Origin: an uncultured bacterium
GTDB lineage: Bacteria; Abyssobacteria; SURF-5
Reading direction: 5' to 3'
Assembly (NCBI GenBank): GCA_964607485.1
Contig: CAZSKP010000004.1
Coordinates: 32,001 to 96,000 of the forward strand
DNA length: 64,000 nt
Shown: piece by piece, positions 58,287 to 64,000 of the stretch
How the letters are laid out: each line of letters opens with the position of its first letter
How positions within the stretch are numbered: the stretch's first letter is position 1
Translations under genes and position numbers: made by a program
The notes under the pieces: generated by a model
The model's input: the letters and a program-made list of their open reading frames with translations, nothing else
Database searches by the model: none
What the model was told of the DNA's origin: nothing

Positions 58287-58665
58287 GCCATGTAGGACGT
58301 TTGTGTCGAAAATGGTGCCTATCCAATCCAATTTCCTCTCTCGCTGAGGGTATTCTACCCTTTCAAAGCTTTCCTTGTCACTAGTCGCAAAAGCCGTCCC
58401 CTGGGCTCTACAAATCGTGAAGATTTTTGATTAAACTCTTCAAGTTCGCCCGTCTGCCATGCCTCGCAAATTGGAGTGAATACGGCACTTACGGCGACGG
58501 TGAAGAATACCCGCTTTCCGAAATCAGACCTTCAAAATCATCCGTCTGGTTTGCCTCAGGAGGAGGCAAAATTCGGCAACTCTTTGTTTTGGCTGTCCTT
58601 ACGTGGTGGTCAGTACGGTTATTCTATGATATAATTCTGTTCGCTTGAAGGAGGTGGTAAACAAC

Positions 58666-59916
58666 ATGAAAACAAGGGTCTTTTCAATATTATGTGCCGT
58701 CATAATCCTTTCCGTCCTTGTCTCTACAGTATCTGCCGATTTGATCGAACTCAAGAGTGGGAAAATTGTGGAGGGAACGGTCGTTGAAGAAACCGAACAA
58801 TTCATCGCAATCGAAACAGATGCTGGGACATCCTTTATTAAGATGGAGGAGGTCAAGTCCGTAACCAAGACCCAACTGGATCTTGCGACAGGTAATGTCG
58901 CCGAGGTTACGGGAGCCGTGAATGTGCTTCCAAGAGGGAAAGAGCAATGGATACCGGCGGAAAAGGGAATGGTCCTGAACGAGGGAGACTCGATTCGAAC
59001 CGGCCCCGATTCGAATGCGATTGCCGTTCTAGAAAATCAGGTGATCATGGCCGTTGAGCCGGAGAGCACTTTAGGTCTTGATAGATTGCGGCAATCTCCG
59101 AAGAAGGAAATAGACATAAAGGTACGACTTGACAGCGGTCAGATATGGAACGACGTGGGCAGGTTAAAGACAAAAGACTCCAGATTTTACGTAACCACCC
59201 CTGCAGCAGTCACGGGAGTTCGCGGGACGGTCTTTACTGTTCAAACGGTTCCTGAGAAGAAGACGACTGTCGCAGTCGTCGATGGAGGGGTGGACGTACG
59301 CACGCGCAACATGGAAATGGAGCCGGTTCGGGTCAAGAAAAATCGCATGACCGAGGTCGCTCCAAACAAACCGCCCACGGCGCCAACGGCTATCTCCGCC
59401 GGTTTCCTGGCGCAATGGGCCATATATCAAGCAAAATTCGGCCTCCTCAGGAGTGGGATGGGCGCTGGCTTCCATGTATCGCCGGGCCAAGCCACCGTGG
59501 CAGGCGGCGTGGCCGCTGGTGCTGCAGTGGCCGCGGCTGTTGGCGGCGGTGGAGGTGGTGGAGGAGGCGCAACGGGCGTTATTGAAACGGCGAGCGAAAC
59601 CGGCAACTACGCTCCCGCTCCAGTAGACAGAGACATCGACGGCAGTTCCGCCATAGGGAGCCGCCAGGTAACAAGAGTGGATGTGAGGGTCTTATGTGAT
59701 CCTTTCACTGTTCCCGACCAATTCCAAATCTTGTACATGGGCAATGTAATTGGCGATACCGGGTTTGTGGGAGAGGATTCGGGCGATCCAGGAGAGGACA
59801 TAGTGCTGACCGGGAGTGCAGACGGTTCCTCCCCGATTGTCACCATCCGCGTCATAACGGGCCCGCTCGGAACAGATTGGCACTGGGATGCCAGAGTGAC
59901 ATATCATGTGGAGTAA
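58666..59916 (+). CDS. Exported FecR-domain protein with a Gly/Ala linker and a C-terminal beta-rich domain
   Basis: Signal peptide; 'GMVLNEGDSIRTGPDS', 'VTTPAAVTGVRGTVF', 'VAVVDGGVDV'; poly-Gly stretch. Confidence 0.8.
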   Translation: MKTRVFSILCAVIILSVLVSTVSADLIELKSGKIVEGTVVEETEQFIAIETDAGTSFIKMEEVKSVTKTQLDLATGNVAEVTGAVNVLPRGKEQWIPAEKGMVLNEGDSIRTGPDSNAIAVLENQVIMAVEPESTLGLDRLRQSPKKEIDIKVRLDSGQIWNDVGRLKTKDSRFYVTTPAAVTGVRGTVFTVQTVPEKKTTVAVVDGGVDVRTRNMEMEPVRVKKNRMTEVAPNKPPTAPTAISAGFLAQWAIYQAKFGLLRSGMGAGFHVSPGQATVAGGVAAGAAVAAAVGGGGGGGGGATGVIETASETGNYAPAPVDRDIDGSSAIGSRQVTRVDVRVLCDPFTVPDQFQILYMGNVIGDTGFVGEDSGDPGEDIVLTGSADGSSPIVTIRVITGPLGTDWHWDARVTYHVE

Positions 59917-60051
59917 ATCGGGAATCCGCCGGATTTGCCCGTGGGCTTTCGTCTCAAGCTTCCCCCATAGTCCGGGGAAGAGGTTTCGAAGCATTTGCCG
60001 AGGTCTTGCAGCGTAACGGCAAGCTGCGTGGCTCCTTTTAAGGAAGAAGAG

Positions 60052-61635
60052 ATGAATCCACTGCGTTTCTTGTCCGTCCTGACTGCGGTTCTCTCATTGT
60101 TTTCATTGGCCGCGCAGGCCGGGATTGAGACAACCGCGAGGGAAAAGGCGGTCGACGTTGGAGAGTTTGACTCGTGGACGGAAAGCGACCAAATGGTCCA
60201 TTCATCGGCATCTTCTGCACAAGATAGTCCTCTGCCCCAAACAAATCAGCCTTCTGCAGTCGCCGTTTCGGAAGAGCAGGAATCAAAACATCAGAACGCC
60301 GTCCCCCCTCAACCGGCCGTTCAGCCGCTGACACTGGAGGAAGCAATAAACTTGGCCCTGGAAGCAAACCGGAACATCCTGGACGCAAGAGACGGGGTAG
60401 AGAGTGCCCGACTTTCAATAGTTTCTGCAGAATCAGACTTTGAACTCAAATTCTTTCCGGTCGGTGAGGCCGGGTTTACGGACGGCAGCGACGAGGATGC
60501 CGAAGAGAGTTTCGGAGCCGGGGTTGGAATCCAGAAGAGATTGCCTGTTGGAACTCTGGTAACGCTCGAACCGAACGTGCAAAAGACTGCCGGCACGTAT
60601 CAGACGCGTGTGGATGCGAGCTTATTCCAGCCACTCCTGAGAGGGCTGAACCGTGAATTCAATCTATCGGGAGTACACGGAGCCGAGTTCGGTGCGCGGT
60701 CGGCCCGACGTTCTCTCTATCTGACTCGCGTCAGTACGGTGACGTCGACGGTCCGGGCTGTGTATGGAGTTATTCGCCAGCGCGAACTGATGCGCGTAAA
60801 TGATGAGTCTGTCTCACGACTGAAGCATCACGCAGAGGCGGCGAGGGTGAAAGAGAAGTTCGGGCTTGCTACCCCAATCGACGTGTATCGCGCCGAAATC
60901 GAACTGAAACGGTCTGAAGATAACCTTACCAGCGCCCGCGAAGCATATGAGGACGCAATGGACATCCTGAAAGTGATCCTCGCTTTTCCCCTGGAAGGCG
61001 ATATCGATGTGTCCGCCCCCCTGAAATACAGTATCGTTCACATGGATGAAAAAGAGGCAACGGAAACGGCGCTCAACAACCGGGTTGAGCTAAAACAGGC
61101 GTGGGACGCAGTGAAAGAGGCCGAACGGCGGTCCAGAGTGGCAAAACACAGCATTCTTCCAGACCTTAACGTGACTTTGAGTCTTGCTCCCTTCGGCAGC
61201 AGCAGCGACTTCGGCGCAGAATTGGATGAATATACTTGGGGCGTCAGTCTGTCGAGCAGCACGGATATCAGGCGAACGGCGGAGCGAGCGGCATATGGGC
61301 AAAGTGTTCTGGACGTCGATGCCGCGTACAGAAATGTGAGTCTATTGCGGGATGAAGTGATTCGCGAGACGAAAAGCGCATTACGGACCCTCAGAGAAGC
61401 TGAACAGAGGATCGAAATACAGAAGGAACAAATTAAGAATGCTGAGGGCAAACTCAGACTTGCCCAAGTGAAATTCAAACACGGCATGGCAAACAACTTC
61501 GACTTAATAGAGGCTGAGGAACAGTTGCGGCAAGCTGAGACAAATATAATCTCCGTAGTAATTGACTACATAACGGGAGGCTACGATCTCAGAGCAGCAA
61601 TGGGAACGCTTCTGGAACAACCGGCGGGGTTATGA
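60052..61635 (+). CDS. TolC family outer membrane efflux protein
   Basis: Signal peptide; 'LTLEEAINLALEAN', 'QPLLRG', 'FGLATPIDVYRAE', 'FKHGMANNFDLIEAE'. Confidence 0.88.
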   Translation: MNPLRFLSVLTAVLSLFSLAAQAGIETTAREKAVDVGEFDSWTESDQMVHSSASSAQDSPLPQTNQPSAVAVSEEQESKHQNAVPPQPAVQPLTLEEAINLALEANRNILDARDGVESARLSIVSAESDFELKFFPVGEAGFTDGSDEDAEESFGAGVGIQKRLPVGTLVTLEPNVQKTAGTYQTRVDASLFQPLLRGLNREFNLSGVHGAEFGARSARRSLYLTRVSTVTSTVRAVYGVIRQRELMRVNDESVSRLKHHAEAARVKEKFGLATPIDVYRAEIELKRSEDNLTSAREAYEDAMDILKVILAFPLEGDIDVSAPLKYSIVHMDEKEATETALNNRVELKQAWDAVKEAERRSRVAKHSILPDLNVTLSLAPFGSSSDFGAELDEYTWGVSLSSSTDIRRTAERAAYGQSVLDVDAAYRNVSLLRDEVIRETKSALRTLREAEQRIEIQKEQIKNAEGKLRLAQVKFKHGMANNFDLIEAEEQLRQAETNIISVVIDYITGGYDLRAAMGTLLEQPAGL

Positions 61636-63164
61636 CAATGACCAATAAGCGAAAACTGATATCGCTCATCGCCGCTGCTGCAACGCCAACGATAGTGGCG
61701 CCGGTTCTAGTGTTCATGTTGGCCGGCGTCAAATCAAACGGGGACCTTTCGCGCACTGATGGGATGATAACTGAGACAGTCAGGAAGAGCTCATTCGATG
61801 TCAGAGTTCAGCTGGTGGGTCATCTTGAGGCCGCGCGCTCCACAACCGTCTCTTCCGAGGTAAAAGGAGATGCAGGGAAGATCATCCATCTCATTGAGAA
61901 CGGCAAACAGGTCGAAGAGGGTGATGTTCTGGTGCGATTGGATCCCACCCCATTCGAGGATGAGGTGACCGAGTGCTCTTCAAAAGTGGAGGCGTGCAAG
62001 GCCAAGGTCATGGCACTTCGACAGGCTCTCGACTGGGAAAAGAATCAGGCCGAGCGAGAGGTAAGCGCAGCGGAGTATGAGCTGGAAGTCTCGAAAATGG
62101 AGCTTGAGAAGATCGAGAAAGGCGAAGGACCTCTGGAACTGGCCCAACTCGAGAATGACATGCGAAAGGCAAAGGACGACTATACTCAGAAGTCGGGCTA
62201 TCTTTCAGACTTGGAGGAACTGGAGAAACAGGGTTTCAGCAGTCCCGCCGAGGTGGAACAGGCTAAGAGGAAGATAGAAGAAGCAAAGGAGGTGTATGAG
62301 ATAGCGGTAAGGAAGCTCAATGCTTTTAAAGAATACCTGCTTCCGGCGAAGATTGAAATGGCCAGAGCCAAAGTCGAAAGAGCCGAGTCGGATTTGGAAC
62401 AAGCAAAGAAATCAGCCGAGATCAGCATTGCGAAAGCATCTGCTGAGTTGGATCAGAGCGAGCAGGAGTTGAGAGCAGCCGAAACCTCACTGGCTGTCGC
62501 GAAGGAGCAGCTTTCAAAGACGGTGGTTAGAGCACCGATACGGGGTCTGGCCGTAGTACGCGAAGTCTACGTAAAAGGGGAAAAGAGGAAAATACAAGTG
62601 GGCGACGCAGTATGGCGAAACCAACCCCTGCTCTACCTGCCGGATATATCTGAGATGTTGGTAAACGCAGAAGTCAGGGAGATAGATCTCCATAAGCTGA
62701 GAAAAGGCCTTCAAGCAACGGTTTCTGTCGATGCTTATCCAGAAACTCGATTCGAGGGCGCCGTTCGCTCCATTGGAGTGCTGGCGGAGAAGAAGACGGA
62801 GGTCAAGAGCCCCGAAAAATATTTCCAGGTGACAATTGCAATTCTTGGACACGATGAGCGGTTGCGTCCGGGGATGACCGCAAAAGTGGACATCTATTCC
62901 GGTGGGGTAACGGATGCGCTGGTTGTTCCGTTGCACGCAATATTTGAGCAGGAAGGACGGAAATGCTGCTATGTGGCCGTCGGAGACAGATACGAATTGA
63001 GAGAGGTGCTGTTAGGCATTCAGAATGAGGATTTCGCAGAGGTCGAGGACGGCCTGACTGAGGGCGAGAAGGTCTGCCTCGTTGAACCACCGTCGAGCCT
63101 GGTTCAAACCCGGAAATTTCTGCGGAGAGAAGATGGGCTCACCCAGCAGAGCGGTCGACCGTGA
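61632..63164 (+). CDS. Efflux periplasmic adaptor subunit (MacA/HlyD-like, long coiled coil)
   Basis: N-terminal TM; 'G.QVEEGDVLVRLD', 'VRAPIRG', 'LRPGMTAKV', 'GLTEGEKV'. Confidence 0.9.
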   Translation: MTMTNKRKLISLIAAAATPTIVAPVLVFMLAGVKSNGDLSRTDGMITETVRKSSFDVRVQLVGHLEAARSTTVSSEVKGDAGKIIHLIENGKQVEEGDVLVRLDPTPFEDEVTECSSKVEACKAKVMALRQALDWEKNQAEREVSAAEYELEVSKMELEKIEKGEGPLELAQLENDMRKAKDDYTQKSGYLSDLEELEKQGFSSPAEVEQAKRKIEEAKEVYEIAVRKLNAFKEYLLPAKIEMARAKVERAESDLEQAKKSAEISIAKASAELDQSEQELRAAETSLAVAKEQLSKTVVRAPIRGLAVVREVYVKGEKRKIQVGDAVWRNQPLLYLPDISEMLVNAEVREIDLHKLRKGLQATVSVDAYPETRFEGAVRSIGVLAEKKTEVKSPEKYFQVTIAILGHDERLRPGMTAKVDIYSGGVTDALVVPLHAIFEQEGRKCCYVAVGDRYELREVLLGIQNEDFAEVEDGLTEGEKVCLVEPPSSLVQTRKFLRREDGLTQQSGRP

Positions 63165-63844
63165 AGATGAGTGAATCACTAGTAGAAACCAATAATATCA
63201 CAAAGGTTTTCCGGCGAGGGCAAACCTACCTGGAAGCCTTGCGCGGGATAAGCATTTCTATCAGAAAGCAGGAATTCGTGGCGATAATGGGGCCGTCAGG
63301 CTCTGGAAAATCGACCTTGTTGCACATACTCGGGTGTTTGGATCGCCCTACTTCCGGAGCATATTATTTTGGCGGAGAAGATGTTTCTCATCTCAGCGAC
63401 AGACAGCTTTCCCGAATACGCGCGACCCGAATTGGGTTTGTCTTTCAAACGTTTAACTTAGTTCACCAACTCAATGTCCTGGAAAACGTGAGTCTTCCGT
63501 TCATTTATCGAGATGATGAGCAGGAGCTGGCCAAGTTCCGGGCAGTCAGCGCAATAGAGAAGGTAGGACTTGCGGAAAGAATGTGGCACCGCCCTTCTGA
63601 ACTATCCGGTGGAGAGTTACAGCGGGCTGCAATTGCAAGAGCGATATCGATCAATCCGTCGATTATCTTGGCCGATGAGCCTACCGGGAATCTGGATATT
63701 CGCACAGGGATGAGCATTATTGACTTGTTCCTGCAACTCAATTCTCACGGAGTTACCATCATCCTCGTGACCCATGATAAGGATGTGGCCGCGTCTGCGC
63801 AGAGACTCCTCCGTATTAGAGACGGCGTGATCAATTCGGTCTGA
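63161..63844 (+). CDS. ABC transporter ATP-binding protein (MacB/LolD type)
   Basis: 'GPSGSGKST', '[10 protein letters not shown]', 'LSGGELQR', '[11 protein letters not shown]', 'VTHD'. Confidence 0.95.
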   Translation: MKMSESLVETNNITKVFRRGQTYLEALRGISISIRKQEFVAIMGPSGSGKSTLLHILGCLDRPTSGAYYFGGEDVSHLSDRQLSRIRATRIGFVFQTFNLVHQLNVLENVSLPFIYRDDEQELAKFRAVSAIEKVGLAERMWHRPSELSGGELQRAAIARAISINPSIILADEPTGNLDIRTGMSIIDLFLQLNSHGVTIILVTHDKDVAASAQRLLRIRDGVINSV

Positions 63845-63853
63845 GAGCCAAAG

Positions 63854-64000
63854 ATGAGAATTCAGGAACTGGTCAAACACAGCATTCGTTCCCTCGGTCA
63901 GCACAAGCTCAGAACGTTCTTGAGCGCCATCGGAATAGTTTTCGGCGTGACTGCGATAATAGCAATGGTCTCCATCGGAGAAGGCGCCAAACGCGAGTCA
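63854..64000 (+). CDS. ABC transporter permease (MacB-like), 5' part, runs off the window
   Basis: MRIQELVKHSIRSLGQHKLRTFLSAIGIVFGVTAIIAMVSIGEGAK is a typical MacB-permease N-terminus. Confidence 0.88.
   Translation, partial: MRIQELVKHSIRSLGQHKLRTFLSAIGIVFGVTAIIAMVSIGEGAKRES

Noticed and set aside
17855-58370. Reading the dispersed repeat as a CRISPR array or classical integron attC sites
   Set aside because: Copies are kilobases apart and strongly diverged. No cas or intI gene is present, and I could not see paired RYYYAAC/GTTRRRY boxes.

Overview
A 64 kb stretch of bacterial chromosome with moderately high GC, probably from an anaerobe (adhE, B12 mutase, several URO-D-family genes). It holds about 55 CDSs, mostly catabolic, and I found no rRNA, tRNA, CRISPR array, integrase or transposase. 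0.1-13 kb (minus strand): a biotin-dependent acyl-CoA carboxylase operon (two carboxyltransferases, BKACE, crotonase, BCCP, biotin carboxylase, GNAT), then TPP enzyme/SDR/GNAT/TetR and an OYE. 13-29 kb: adhE+STAS, two saccharopine-dehydrogenase-family genes, FGGY kinase, M20 peptidase, GH4, an AIRS-HAD fusion and an MFS. 29-42 kb: an ADC-family gene, a split B12 acyl-CoA mutase with non-canonical active-site residues, two CoA ligases, a crotonase, URO-D, MFS and penicillin acylase. 42-58 kb: a mosaic of small unrelated gene modules; the 46-58 kb part lies between two comM relics. 58.6-64 kb: a FecR-domain protein and a TolC/MacAB-type exporter. Most notable: (1) a degenerate intergenic repeat with about 11-12 copies, all in the same orientation, which separates gene modules and in some copies is followed by a shared promoter; (2) a carboxyltransferase pair with reciprocal loss of oxyanion-hole motifs, coupled to BKACE; (3) an acyl-CoA mutase whose specificity residues match none of the classical subfamilies; (4) several small gene relics in spacers. 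All assignments come from motif recognition by eye; no database searches were run.
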